From positions 1-64,000 of IMG/VR virus record IMGVR_UViG_3300047160_005727: a stretch of DNA of 64,000 nt, one strand, 5' to 3'. Of this stretch, positions 1 through 10,500 are shown piece after piece (position 1 is the first letter of the stretch; every line of letters starts with the position of its first letter). The notes beneath the pieces were generated by a model. It did not search any database. It had not been told where the DNA came from and was given only the letters and a program-made list of their open reading frames with translations. The position numbers and the translations under genes are program-made. Source of the DNA: a virus.

Positions 1-1
1 G

Positions 2-3000
2 GGGCCTGGCGGCGGGCCGCCGTTGATATCTGGCGGATCGGGGCAGCCCTGGTACGCGGGCATCCGGAACGCGGCCGGAAAAGCACGGAGCATGTTCGGG
101 GGCGGGCCAGCAGGAGGAGCGGGGCCTGGAGTAGCACCACCCGGTCCTGTGGGCGGGCCAGCAGCAACCGGAGCGCCGCTGATCAGTGGCCGGGGCTCGC
201 CGATGTCGGCGAGACAGCTGGGCAGAACCGCCCTCGACTTCGCCAAGAAGCATCCCGTACCACTCGCGGCTGCGGCTTCGAGTGTGCCGCTTTACATGGG
301 TGGCAAAGCGATCGCCGATGCCTCGGCTGCTGCTTCGGATCGAGCAGCCCAGGCCAATGCGGCTCCGATACCTACGGTACCCCAGCCGCCCCCGCCCAAG
401 TCGGACATGATCGAACAGGGTGGCGCCGCGGTCAAGAACTGGATGGGAAACAACTGGCAGTGGGCCTTGCCCCTCGGCCTCGGGGTCGGCGGGGTTGGCC
501 TGTACCTGAAGAACCAGGCTGATCGCCGCCGCGAAGAAGAGGAAGAAGAGCTACTCCAGGGCATGCGGCCCAAGATCGGCATGGTCAAGCTGGCCCAGGA
601 GTTTCCCGTGCAGGTCGGCTTCCTGGCCCGCTGCGGCGAGCGGAAGCTCACTGGGCGTGAAGTTCGAGCGGCCGTCGAGAAGTGTGCAGCTCTTTCTGAT
701 GGCCTGGCCGAAGACTGGATACGTTTTTTCGACGTTGCGGCGAAGTATGAGGCCGAGACTTCGTCGGGGATGGAGAAGACCGCGTTTCCCCTCTTCCCGA
801 TGACAGCCGGTTTCAATGCGACAGCGAACCAGGCAGCCGGACAAGCGCCCAAGCCACCACTACCGACAGCGACCCCGCCGCCGCAGAAGTTCGAGCCAGC
901 CACGGGCGGATCTCATGCCCAGATGAAAGCCAACGCGCAGCCACTGCCGAGCTACGCCGAATACAGGCAGCCAAGGCCACCTGCTGGGACACCACCGGTA
1001 CAGCCCGCACCGCAGAAGTTCACACCGACCACCGGCGGCGCCCAGGCTCAGATGCAAGCCAACGCGCAGCCCATACCAGGTAATGAGCAGTACCGTCAGC
1101 CTAGAGTACCAGCACCGGCCGCACCGGGATCGAAAGCCGTTGCCGCAGGCGGGGCTCCGCAGCCGCAAACGCAACCGCCACCTCCGCCGCCGCCAGGACA
1201 ACCAACACCACCGGCAGCGCCTCAGGCGCCCAAGCCCTACATGACGAACACGCAGCAGCTCATGGCCAATGCTGCCTCGGACAAGGTGATCGCAGCCCGC
1301 GCGCAGTGGATGAACGAACTCAACCAGGCAAGTCGTCGAGGGGACATGGCCGAGGTCAAGCGCCTGACTGCGCAAGGCGCTCCCAAAGGCGAAGCAATGG
1401 GTGCTGCCGGCGCCAACCGGGCCGTGCTCTCAGGGCCGGCGGCACTCCAGCGCCGGAACCTGGTCGAGTCTCGAGATGAAGAAGCTGCCGACCAGGCTCG
1501 TGGGGCCTTCTGGAACTCGATGGCCCGCAACAAGTGGATGCCCACTCGAGAAGATGTCGAACAGGGCATGGCCAAGCAGACCCGGCTGATCAACCGGGGT
1601 ATGGATCCCACGACGGCGGCCAAGGGCGACTGGACTTCGAGTGCTACCGATCCGACGCTGGGATCATACTTTGGTGGCTTCTCTCAGGGTCTCGCTAGTG
1701 CACCGGCTTCGCTGATCAGTACGGCAGGTAATGCGCTGTGGGATACAGGGCGTGGCCTGGCTGGCCAGGGCTTCGACTACTCGAACACCGCAGGTGCCGC
1801 GCGCGACTTCTTCGCCCCGGTAGCTCGTGGGTTTGGTGCCCAGACCGAGAGCGGTGCACCTCTGGGGCCGCAGGTCAACAAGACCTTCTTCCAGGACACC
1901 ACGCCGGGCTGGGCCGATCAGCTGCATGAGTACGCCGGCCAGGAAGGGGGCAACCCGATCTTGAAGGGCATGGCCGGGTTTGCCGAGACACCGACACGCT
2001 GGGCCGGGCCGATCATCAGTGCCGCGATGCTATCCCGTATGCCACTGAGCGCTCCGGGTCATTTGGGAGTGCCAGCTAGTGTTGCCAGTGGGCTAACGAA
2101 CTGGCTTGGCCCAACAACCTTTCTTGGCAGGGCAGCGACCAATATGGGGATACCCCTGAGCGCTGGCGCAGGCGGTAGCCTGATCGGCATGCATTCGTTT
2201 GGTAACGCCTTGGGCCAGTTCGGTGGCGGAGCACAGCAGGCGTACCAGCAGGAGATGGCGGCCAAGGCCATGAAGGACCCGGCGTCATACGAGAAGGCGT
2301 TCCCGCAGCCCCAGAGCATCGATGACTACAAGACCTGGTCTGCCAACATGTGGGAGAGCCAGCGGAACAACATCAATGCCCAGCGCGAGGCCGAAGGCTA
2401 CGGCCCGATGAACGCGGCCGAGGAGGCGCTGCACAAACAGGAGGTCATGGGCAAGTACGACGCCAAGAACGAACAGCTGCACAACGAGCGGATCGCCAAG
2501 ACAGTTCCGGGCTTCACCAACCCCGATGGCAGCTTCAACCCCAATGGCAGGCTTGATCCCAGTAAAGACCCGACCTTCAACCCGGACAAGGTCGCTGACT
2601 GGATGAATGCCGTACCAGGACGGGCTCAGGCGATCAACCATATCGGCGAACAGGCATCGACTGCCTTCACCAAGGACATCAACAAGATGCCCCAGGAGAT
2701 GCAGGCCCGGCTCAGTCAGCCTAACGCCAAGCCAACCGAGGCGGACCTGGCGTTCATGAAGCAGAACGGGATCGATCCCCAAGCGCTTGCCCAAAACGGC
2801 GAGCGCGCCGGCAGAGCCAATGCGTTACTGCAAGCCCAGGAGCTGGGCGGCAGCGTCAAGGATGTGATCAACAACAACCAGACGCCGCAGAAGATGGTCG
2901 AGACCGCTGAGAACAACCCGTCGGTGCGTGAAGGCGCCGAACAGCGTTCCCAGCAGACCGGCGAGGGCTTCATGGCCTCGCTCTCGAAGATGTGGACGGA

Positions 3001-3595
3001 CATGGGGCCGATGGGACAGATCCTGGCCGTGGGCGGGTTGGCTCTCGGCGCCATCGGACTCATGGGTGCCTTCTCGGGCGAAGGCGGTCTAGGCTCGATG
3101 CTGATGGGCTTGATCGGTGGCGGCGGTTTGCTGCTGGGGCTCAACAAGGGGAACATTCTGCCGCAGGGCATGAGCGACGTCATCAACCCGATCTTGCAGT
3201 CGATCGGGCTGGGCGATCTGGCCGGCGGACAAGCATCTGCCGCAGCACCGCAAACAGGACCTGGCGGCGAGCCGCTCGTGACAGCACCTGGCGGCGGGCC
3301 GAACACTCCAGGGCCGGCTTCCGGTGCACTGGGTATCATCAACGATCCAGCAGCACGGGCCAAGCTCATGCAGTCACCGCAGGCAGAACAGGATAAAGCG
3401 CTCGCAGAAGCCTACAAGGCTGATCCTACCCTGCGTGCCCAGCTGGATCAGGCGGCCGGCATGTGGGGAGACACCGAAGGCATGGGCATCCAGCGCAACA
3501 TCGTCAGAAACAAGATGCGGCAGCGGCTGGGGCCACAGACAAGCGAGCAGGAGATACAGGGCTTGATCAACGCCGCTCGACGAGCACCGAGGTAA
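2..3595 (+). CDS. Large Gly/Pro/Ala-rich virion-internal (possible ejection) protein, 5'-truncated by the window edge
   Basis: Frame is open to the left edge. Hydrophobic Gly-rich segments (WALPLGLGVGGVGLYL; ILAVGGLALGAIGLMG), K-x-A motifs (VKLAQ, EKCAA, EKTAF), GFLARCGERKLT motif and an internal ~36-aa duplication. Confidence 0.75.
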   Translation, partial: GPGGGPPLISGGSGQPWYAGIRNAAGKARSMFGGGPAGGAGPGVAPPGPVGGPAATGAPLISGRGSPMSARQLGRTALDFAKKHPVPLAAAASSVPLYMGGKAIADASAAASDRAAQANAAPIPTVPQPPPPKSDMIEQGGAAVKNWMGNNWQWALPLGLGVGGVGLYLKNQADRRREEEEEELLQGMRPKIGMVKLAQEFPVQVGFLARCGERKLTGREVRAAVEKCAALSDGLAEDWIRFFDVAAKYEAETSSGMEKTAFPLFPMTAGFNATANQAAGQAPKPPLPTATPPPQKFEPATGGSHAQMKANAQPLPSYAEYRQPRPPAGTPPVQPAPQKFTPTTGGAQAQMQANAQPIPGNEQYRQPRVPAPAAPGSKAVAAGGAPQPQTQPPPPPPPGQPTPPAAPQAPKPYMTNTQQLMANAASDKVIAARAQWMNELNQASRRGDMAEVKRLTAQGAPKGEAMGAAGANRAVLSGPAALQRRNLVESRDEEAADQARGAFWNSMARNKWMPTREDVEQGMAKQTRLINRGMDPTTAAKGDWTSSATDPTLGSYFGGFSQGLASAPASLISTAGNALWDTGRGLAGQGFDYSNTAGAARDFFAPVARGFGAQTESGAPLGPQVNKTFFQDTTPGWADQLHEYAGQEGGNPILKGMAGFAETPTRWAGPIISAAMLSRMPLSAPGHLGVPASVASGLTNWLGPTTFLGRAATNMGIPLSAGAGGSLIGMHSFGNALGQFGGGAQQAYQQEMAAKAMKDPASYEKAFPQPQSIDDYKTWSANMWESQRNNINAQREAEGYGPMNAAEEALHKQEVMGKYDAKNEQLHNERIAKTVPGFTNPDGSFNPNGRLDPSKDPTFNPDKVADWMNAVPGRAQAINHIGEQASTAFTKDINKMPQEMQARLSQPNAKPTEADLAFMKQNGIDPQALAQNGERAGRANALLQAQELGGSVKDVINNNQTPQKMVETAENNPSVREGAEQRSQQTGEGFMASLSKMWTDMGPMGQILAVGGLALGAIGLMGAFSGEGGLGSMLMGLIGGGGLLLGLNKGNILPQGMSDVINPILQSIGLGDLAGGQASAAAPQTGPGGEPLVTAPGGGPNTPGPASGALGIINDPAARAKLMQSPQAEQDKALAEAYKADPTLRAQLDQAAGMWGDTEGMGIQRNIVRNKMRQRLGPQTSEQEIQGLINAARRAPR

Positions 3596-3598
3596 GTC

Positions 3599-3919
3599 AT
3601 GGATATCTGGGACAAGTTTCTTGGAGCAACGGCGCCCAGTATAGTGGGCGTGACCAGGCCGCTGATCACGGGCACCATCCTGGACGACCCCATCGAGCGA
3701 GCCCGGCTCATGAAGCTGCCGCCTGATGAGCAGACTCTGATGCTCAAGCAGGCTCTCGATGCGGCGCCCGAGTACCGCGAGCAGCTGGCTCAAGCATCGG
3801 CTGCCTGGGGCACCTGGAAGCAGATGTGGGTCGTGAAGAGCGTGCGGCAGGCGCTGGGACAACAGACAACCAAGGAAGAGATGCAGGCCCTGATCGAAGC
3901 CTTCAGACGCCTGCCATAA
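3599..3919 (+). CDS. Hypothetical protein, stand-alone paralog of the C-terminal domain of the upstream protein
   Basis: ILDDPIERARLM...REQLAQASAAWG...QALIEAFRRLP aligns with IINDPAARAKLM...RAQLDQAAGMWG...QGLINAARRAP. Confidence 0.8.
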   Translation: MDIWDKFLGATAPSIVGVTRPLITGTILDDPIERARLMKLPPDEQTLMLKQALDAAPEYREQLAQASAAWGTWKQMWVVKSVRQALGQQTTKEEMQALIEAFRRLP

Positions 3920-3931
3920 GGATAGACTCAC

Positions 3932-4177
3932 ATGGATCCGATCCCGTATGATCCCGTCACCTGCGTGACGGCCGCCGAGTTGCGCAGCAAGGGTGTTGCT
4001 GTCACTTCAGACATTCCGGACCACGCATGGATACCCAAGAAGGCGGTCGAGCCTGTCGAGAAGCGTATTCCCAGCGACGATGGCGAGCCGCTCTACAGCT
4101 TCGACGTCATCTTTCACGCCCCGTTCACATGGCAGGAGGATCCAACCCATGATCAAGTTTGCCGTCATGACCCCTAG
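3932..4177 (+). CDS. Small hypothetical protein
   Basis: 81-aa ORF with AAGGA upstream, packed between neighbours. Confidence 0.65.
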   Translation: MDPIPYDPVTCVTAAELRSKGVAVTSDIPDHAWIPKKAVEPVEKRIPSDDGEPLYSFDVIFHAPFTWQEDPTHDQVCRHDP

Positions 4178-5357
4178 CCTGTGCCAGCCCGGTGGCGCCG
4201 AGCGGGTGATCTTGATCCAGGCCCGCTACGGCGACCCGACCCGGATGCAGTGCACAGGCATCGCACTCTCGGGTTACGGCGGACTTGATGAAGCACTGGG
4301 CCGCGATCTGTGCCGCTACACCACGATCCACGGGGACATGCCGCGGGGACGATGGCAGCGGCCCAAGGCGCCCATGGTGCAGACGACGTACAAGAACCTC
4401 AACGAAGCTGTTCTGTATGTCTGCAAAGAAGCCGACGTGTTGCTCACCTGGGGCGGGCTGTCGATGTCCAAGTTCACCGCCGGGCTCAAGCTGCCAGTAG
4501 TCTGCTGCTCGCACACGGATCGTGAAGTCGACAGCAACGAGATCTCGGGGATCACTCACCTGGTGTCGGTGTCGGAGACAGGCCGGCGCTACTTCGACAT
4601 GGCACTGAAGAAAGCCTACGGCGCCAACTTCCCGCCCGTGGCCGTGATCCCCAACGGCATCGAAGTCGATCGGGTCATGCCCCGGCGTGGCCGCGAGTGG
4701 CAGCGCCGGGAGTGGGGTGTCGGCCCGGATGACAAGGTCTTGCTCTACCTGGGCCGGCAGGCCATGTCCAAGAACCCCTGGGCGGCTGTCGAGGTTCTCT
4801 CGAAGCTCCCCGAGAACTACAAGCTCATGATGATCGGCAACCAGTCGTTTGCGCCCAGCGTGCCGATGCCCCGAGTGGTCGAGCTGGTGAATAAGCTGGG
4901 GCTCCAGGATCGCGTGAAGTTCTCGCCGCCCGTGGCGTTCGTCGGCGACGTGCTGGCTGGGGCTGACTGTCTGCTGCACCTGACTCTGAGCGAAGCCGAC
5001 AGCCTGGCGATCAAGGAAGCGTTCATGGCCAGGCTTCCCGTGGTGTGCACTCCGATCGGGGCGATCCCCGAGCTGGAGAAAGAGTTCGGCCAGGTCACCT
5101 GGAACGTCGCTCTCCGTCCGGCCGACGGCGAAGTCAAGGAGCTTGGCCCAGGTACTTACGGAGCTGTGCCGGCTGACCCGCTGTCGCTGAAGATCGATCC
5201 TGATGAAGCTGTGGCACAGATCGGCCGGGCTTTATCCGATGAGGCCAAGCCGATCTGCGATCGGATCCACATGATAGCCATGGAGCGCTGGACGGGCACT
5301 GCGATGTGCGACCGCTGGGCTTCCTACCTGGAGGAGGTCGTCGCGTCATGGAAGTGA
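4149..5357 (+). CDS. Glycosyltransferase, GT4 (GT-B) family
   Basis: GGAER, VSVSE, VIPNGIE, LYLGR...KNP and EADSLAIKEAFMARLPVV motifs. GGAGGA RBS precedes the ATG at 4149. Confidence 0.88.
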   Translation: MIKFAVMTPSLCQPGGAERVILIQARYGDPTRMQCTGIALSGYGGLDEALGRDLCRYTTIHGDMPRGRWQRPKAPMVQTTYKNLNEAVLYVCKEADVLLTWGGLSMSKFTAGLKLPVVCCSHTDREVDSNEISGITHLVSVSETGRRYFDMALKKAYGANFPPVAVIPNGIEVDRVMPRRGREWQRREWGVGPDDKVLLYLGRQAMSKNPWAAVEVLSKLPENYKLMMIGNQSFAPSVPMPRVVELVNKLGLQDRVKFSPPVAFVGDVLAGADCLLHLTLSEADSLAIKEAFMARLPVVCTPIGAIPELEKEFGQVTWNVALRPADGEVKELGPGTYGAVPADPLSLKIDPDEAVAQIGRALSDEAKPICDRIHMIAMERWTGTAMCDRWASYLEEVVASWK

Positions 5358-6439
5358 CAACTTATGCTCCCGCTGACTGGCGGATCAGCGGCCACAAGGG
5401 CGGCGACTTTGAAACACCCCCGCAGCTCAAGCCACTCACATTGCCCCGCGAGATCGTCTTCCCGATGGGGCCGGAACTCAAGGAGTACTACGAGTGGTAC
5501 AAGTTCGACCATCACATCAGCTCGATCATCAACCTGGCCAGAGGGCTCGCCGATGATGTCTGGCGGCTGAAGGATCAAAAGCCGGGGGGAAACTACAAGC
5601 GGTCTTGCCCCGAGATCGTGGTGGATGGCTCGACGCCGACTGTCATCAAGGAGTCCGAAGACCTGAAGCCTGTCGACTGGTCGAGCTTCTCCTGCCTGGT
5701 AGATGGCACCGAGGTGATCTTCGACACCAGCGACTGGCACGTCGTCAACGGCGACTCGGTGAACCACAAGCACTGGCTCCGCATGCGCTACATCTCGAGT
5801 CACCGGGTGACACCTTCCCTGGGGCCGTTCGTGATCGAGACATTCCAGGACTGGGCTCACTACGAGGTCGCCCAGCGCGAGATCCGCGAGAAGCGTGATC
5901 CCATGACGGTCACGAAGATCCTGAACAACCAGCCGCTGGGCTGCGACTTCGACAGCCGTTACCGGCGCCGGCTCATGGTTCGAGGGATGCTGCATAGCTC
6001 GTTCGGCGATCGGGCCGACTTCGACTGGACGCCGCCCGACCAGTTCTATGCCAAGGCCGAGAAAGCCCTGTGTTATGTCTCGGTGCCGGGCTCGTACCAG
6101 AACAGTCTGGATCGGGGCCAGCTCCAGATGATGGGCCTGGGCATCCCCACGATCTCGCCGATCGTCTACGAGCAGTGCTGCTACGGCATGCTCCAGCCCG
6201 GTATTCACTATCTGGCCTGCCGGCACGACTACAAAGATATCCCTGATCTGGTCGCGTGGTGCGAGAAGAACCGTGCCGAGGCTGCTGCCATGGGGCACAA
6301 CGCCTGGCTGTTCTTCCAGGAGTTCTGCACCCCGCTGGCATGCTGGTCTTACGTCAAGGACAGGATCGATAACGGATCGTGGTACACCCGTGATACACTG
6401 GATAACGATCTGTCGCCGCCCGGACTGTACAAGCCATGA
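5348..6439 (+). CDS. Glycosyltransferase-like protein (CgeB/Glyco_trans_1_2 or GT90-like C-terminal domain)
   Basis: C-terminal MGLGIPTISP...LQPGIHYLAC..DY.D....V.W......A..MGHNA pattern. GGAGG RBS precedes ATG 5348. Confidence 0.7.
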   Translation: MEVTTYAPADWRISGHKGGDFETPPQLKPLTLPREIVFPMGPELKEYYEWYKFDHHISSIINLARGLADDVWRLKDQKPGGNYKRSCPEIVVDGSTPTVIKESEDLKPVDWSSFSCLVDGTEVIFDTSDWHVVNGDSVNHKHWLRMRYISSHRVTPSLGPFVIETFQDWAHYEVAQREIREKRDPMTVTKILNNQPLGCDFDSRYRRRLMVRGMLHSSFGDRADFDWTPPDQFYAKAEKALCYVSVPGSYQNSLDRGQLQMMGLGIPTISPIVYEQCCYGMLQPGIHYLACRHDYKDIPDLVAWCEKNRAEAAAMGHNAWLFFQEFCTPLACWSYVKDRIDNGSWYTRDTLDNDLSPPGLYKP

Positions 6440-6478
6440 GGGCACCTGACATGTTGCATGGGAAAGCGGGGCTTATGA

Positions 6479-6820
6479 ATGCTCAGCCTGGAAGTGAAGT
6501 TACAGCAAAAGTTGGACGAAGCTAACAAGGAGATCGTTCGGCTCAAGGCACTGGTTACTGACCTCCAGCACGAACTGGTCAACATCGAGAAAGATCGGGC
6601 TCGCGATATCGCGGCGTGGTATCGGTCTTACGTATTCGCGGATCGCCAGGCGCGCCTGGAACCGCTCACCGAGTTCAGCAAGGCTGACCTGCAAGGTGTC
6701 AGTGTCAGGCGGGCCACGGGGATCATTTTGGCAAATGATGACCCACGGCACATCCGCGCGCAAATTCTGGGACGGGGTAAATGGCGGATCAATGGCCGAC
6801 CTAGACACATCAACAGTTAG
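6479..6820 (+). CDS. Hypothetical coiled-coil protein
   Basis: 113-aa ORF with a heptad-like N-terminus (LQQKLDEANKEIVRLKALVTDLQHEL). Confidence 0.6.
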   Translation: MLSLEVKLQQKLDEANKEIVRLKALVTDLQHELVNIEKDRARDIAAWYRSYVFADRQARLEPLTEFSKADLQGVSVRRATGIILANDDPRHIRAQILGRGKWRINGRPRHINS

Positions 6821-6849
6821 GTGACGGCTGCCGCCTTCGACGCTACAAT
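6821..6849 (+). promoter_or_regulatory. Sigma70-like promoter GTGACG-N17-TACAAT
   Basis: Exact 17-bp spacing at the start of a 330-bp intergenic region. Confidence 0.5.
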
Positions 6850-6855
6850 GCGGAG

Positions 6856-7134
6856 CGGTTGAGCCACTTACGGCTTTGCTACCAGATATGTCGTGGGGAA
6901 CGAAGTTGGCCGCGACACCGGCCGGTTAGGGGGCCCTGGGTGGAACCACGGAATGGACTACCTGGGCTTTGGCAACCATGCTCTGACGTAGGTCGATGCG
7001 TGGGAGGAGAGCGACGGCTGTGTCCATAGATGCCGCGCCAGGCTTTCTCTTTTACAATGAGATAGCTCCGCTGAAAGGCGGACGGACCTGGGGGTAGGGG
7101 ATCCCAGGGGCTTCGATCCCCTGACATATCGGTA
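6856..7134 (+). ncRNA. Candidate structured non-coding RNA or long structured leader
   Basis: No credible ORF. Closing stem TACCAGATATGTC (6880-6892) pairs with GACATATCGGTA (7123-7134). Internal hairpins include TCCGC-TGAAAG-GCGGA, CCTGGG...CCCAGG and CCATGC...GCGTGG. Confidence 0.5.
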
Positions 7135-7150
7135 ATGACACGGAGGTCAG

Positions 7151-7582
7151 ATGGACAGTCTTCCCAGTCTCGCGAACATCTACCAGCTCATCGGCTTCAT
7201 CGTGGTGGCCGGGCTTCAGATCTACACGCGGGTGATGGTGGGCCGGCTGGCCAAGAACCAGGAGGTTCTTATCGCCCGGCACGATGCTAGCCGTGCTGAA
7301 GTGCTGCGGCTTTCCGAGCACGCCTATGATCTGATGGCGCATCAGGAGCATATCCGGATCGAAGATGCCAAGGCGACGATCATCGCTGCGCTCCGGGTCG
7401 CTTACTTCCAGGGTCAGGCCGATGCCGGGACCGATCACGTGTTTCCCGAGGAGCGAGCCAAGAACGCCGCCGAGACGCTGGTCAACATTGCTGCCCAGGC
7501 CGTCCGCAACGGGCACGGCAAAGCCAAGGTGAACCCGCCTGACGAAGGCAGCTCCCCGACGATCCGGTCTACGCCGCAATGA
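7151..7582 (+). CDS. Hypothetical membrane protein with a single N-terminal TM segment (holin-like possible)
   Basis: Hydrophobic segment IYQLIGFIVVAGLQIY; GGAGG RBS. Confidence 0.7.
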   Translation: MDSLPSLANIYQLIGFIVVAGLQIYTRVMVGRLAKNQEVLIARHDASRAEVLRLSEHAYDLMAHQEHIRIEDAKATIIAALRVAYFQGQADAGTDHVFPEERAKNAAETLVNIAAQAVRNGHGKAKVNPPDEGSSPTIRSTPQ

Positions 7583-7594
7583 CACGGAGGTCGC

Positions 7595-10500
7595 ATGTCT
7601 CTTACACTCAACCCGGCGAACCTGGCCCGGCGCGAAGCGGCCGAGGCCGGTGACTACTATCAGGTAGGCCAGGCATACGGCTTCCTGGTCAAGTCGGCTG
7701 CCAGACCGGTTGCAGCGCCGGTGTTGCACGGAAGACTGATCGTGACCCCACACAAGTGGGGCATGATCCTGGTGCCGAACTCCTTGATACGCGGCGTATT
7801 CGATGCCATCGACGAGCCCGGCGTCGAGCTACCGCTGCGCGACGGTGTCCTGAAGGGGCACATCTCCGTCTTCAGGCCCGAAGAGATCGACAAGATCGGC
7901 GGCGAGAACAAGATCAGTGAGCGAGGCCATCCGTTCTCGTACCAGCTTGGCCCCTTGATGGAAGTCGATCCCAAGGGCTGGGAGGAGATGTCCAAAGCCT
8001 GGTTCATCAAGGTCATGTCCCCTGAGCTGAAGGCGCTGCGCAGGAGCTACGGCCTCTCCCCGCTCCCTAACAACGATCACGAGTTTCACATTACGGTGGC
8101 TGTCAGGCGCAAGAACGTGCTGGGGGCCGGGGCGACCTCGAAGGCAGCGGCAGCCGACGAAGATGACGATGAAGATGTACATAGTGGCCTTAGCGACGAT
8201 GTACATCAAAGCGAGGAAGAAGAGGACAGCGGCGCGGACAATGACGACGGTAAAGTCAGGGTCAAGATCCCCCTGTCGATCCAGCGCATCTGCATAACCC
8301 GCATCTCTTTAGCGAAGCCAAACGGAAAGGAAAAAGGAGAGGACAGCGCGGACAGCGGACTTGACGACTTCATGGACATGCTCAGGAGCAAGTCCGGCTC
8401 CGTGAAGGAGGCCGCCGGCCTGGCTGATGCTTTTAAGGGAATGGGCAAAGGACTGGGTCAGGCAGTGCTCGGTGCCGGGCGAAGCGCCTTGCAGCGAGTC
8501 GGCTCGTCGCCGGTGGCGGGTAGCCTGGCATCGCTGGGCAAGCAGTTCGCAGCCGCCCCAGCAGCAATGACAAGACAGGCTCTCGGCAATACGGCCCGGT
8601 TCGTGGCCAGCGTACCTGCGGGTCAGAACTTCACCGGGCAGGCCGGCGCCGGGGCGCTCTCCCGTGCCGGTACCACACTCAAGAACCTGGGCCGGATCGC
8701 CGTCGCGCCCCGTTATCCCGGACTTGACCGGCCCGTCGGCGTGACTTCGATGAACCGGCCGTTTGATGCCACTCGGGCCATGCTCGGCAATATTGGCCGC
8801 AAGGGAAGCATCGGTGCCATGGGGCTCTCTGGCGTGGCGATCGGCAACGCCGCTCTCAGGACTTATCCGAACTGGGTCGGCCAGCATATTGCCGACGCAA
8901 CCGGCCAGGGTGAGAACGCCGAGAACATCAAGGCAACGATGCGATCAGAAGCTCCTGGGTTCTACGGCCACATGATCAAGGACACCTTGACCAACTCCCA
9001 GGAGCCTGCCTCGAAGTTCGTGCGCGGGGTCATCGGCGACATCGCTGTGCCGACCATTCGCAACGACATCTATAACGCCCGCCAGACCAAGCCTTGGCTG
9101 ATGGGCGCGATCGATACGCTGCGATCGACAACTCCTGCCGGCTGGCTGGCAACCCAGGGGCTCAAGGCGTTCGGCTCCGAGACGCCGCCGGATATCGCCG
9201 GCGCAGTCCAGCAACATGCTCCCGGACTGCTCGCAGGGACAGCTGAGAACCCTGAAGCGGTGGCGGCCAGCCCGTATGCGGGCCTGATCAAGAGCATGAC
9301 TCCGGCTGTGGCCCCGCAGACGGCCGGACAACCTTCGGCTGCTGAAGGGGTAGCTCACTACATCCGGACGACGAACCCGGAGAACGCGCGCGAGCGCTAC
9401 AACCAGATGCGGCGGCTGCTGCCACAGATGCCGCTGGCCTCGATCGCAGGGAACATCAAGGCCGGATCTGCCCTCGAAGGGCTCACGCCGGTCTTGGCGG
9501 GCGCTGGCCTTGGCGGCCTGGCCGGAAACCTGTATGGCCGGTTCCGCGGATCGGAAGACCTGTGGAGCGACACGCTGGGTGGAGCTGCCGTCGGCGGGGC
9601 CGGTGGTGCCGCCTACAGTCTCGTCAACAAGGCACAAGGCGCACCGACGATACCGAAGCCGGTACCAAGACCTTACACGCCACCACCGGGATCGCAGCCC
9701 AAGAACCTGGTCGAGGCCGTCAAGCCCTATTACGCGAATGTTCCGGGCGGTGTCGAAGGAGCGATCGCGCGAGCGCAGGCGAACCAGGCGCCGGTCGAAA
9801 AGTCGCTGGCCATGGCTCCCTGGAAGGCCGAGGATATCCGGGCCAACATCCCGGTCTCGGAGATCACCAAGGATCAGGCTGCGGTCGATCCCCGTAGGCC
9901 ACCCGAGACCAGCGGTGCCACGCTCAAGGGTTGGTCCGAGTCCAACTTCGATGAGGCCGTGAGAAACCCCAACGCTCCCACGGCCAAGATCAAGATGATC
10001 ACGCCGCCCGACAGCCCCGAGGACAGCAGGCAGCTTCTGGAGCACGAGCTGACCCATGCGGGGATCCAGCTCACGCCGATGGCCCGGACGATACGTGAGA
10101 CAGGCAGGGCGCCCGAGGTCGATGAAAAGGCTCAGCACTCAGGCGCCGAGCTGGTACGACGGCTCGGTGGAACACCCAGCAGCAAAATGCTTGATCCGAA
10201 GTCGTTCGAGAACTACGCGACCTCGGCCCGCGAGCTTGATCCCCGGCTGGCTCAGATCAAGCGGTTCTACGCTGAGCACAGCGGCCAGGATGTGACGACG
10301 CCCGAAGAAGCCAAGAACGCCATGAACTGGTTCCGCGCCTGGATCAAGTCCCCGGAAGGTCAAGCCAGGGCCGGTGCGACAGGCCGGGACTGGGAGTCGC
10401 TCTTCCAGCTGCCCGAATGGCAACAGACTCTCGAGGGTGCGGCAGCCCGGCGCATGCCAGGACTGGTCGACATCAGCCGGCTCGATCCCAACCTGAAGGC

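Noticed and set aside
7105-7125. CAGGGGCTTCGATCCCCTG as a tRNA or tmRNA T-arm
   Set aside because: No cloverleaf, anticodon arm or CCA end could be built; kept only as part of the unknown RNA candidate.
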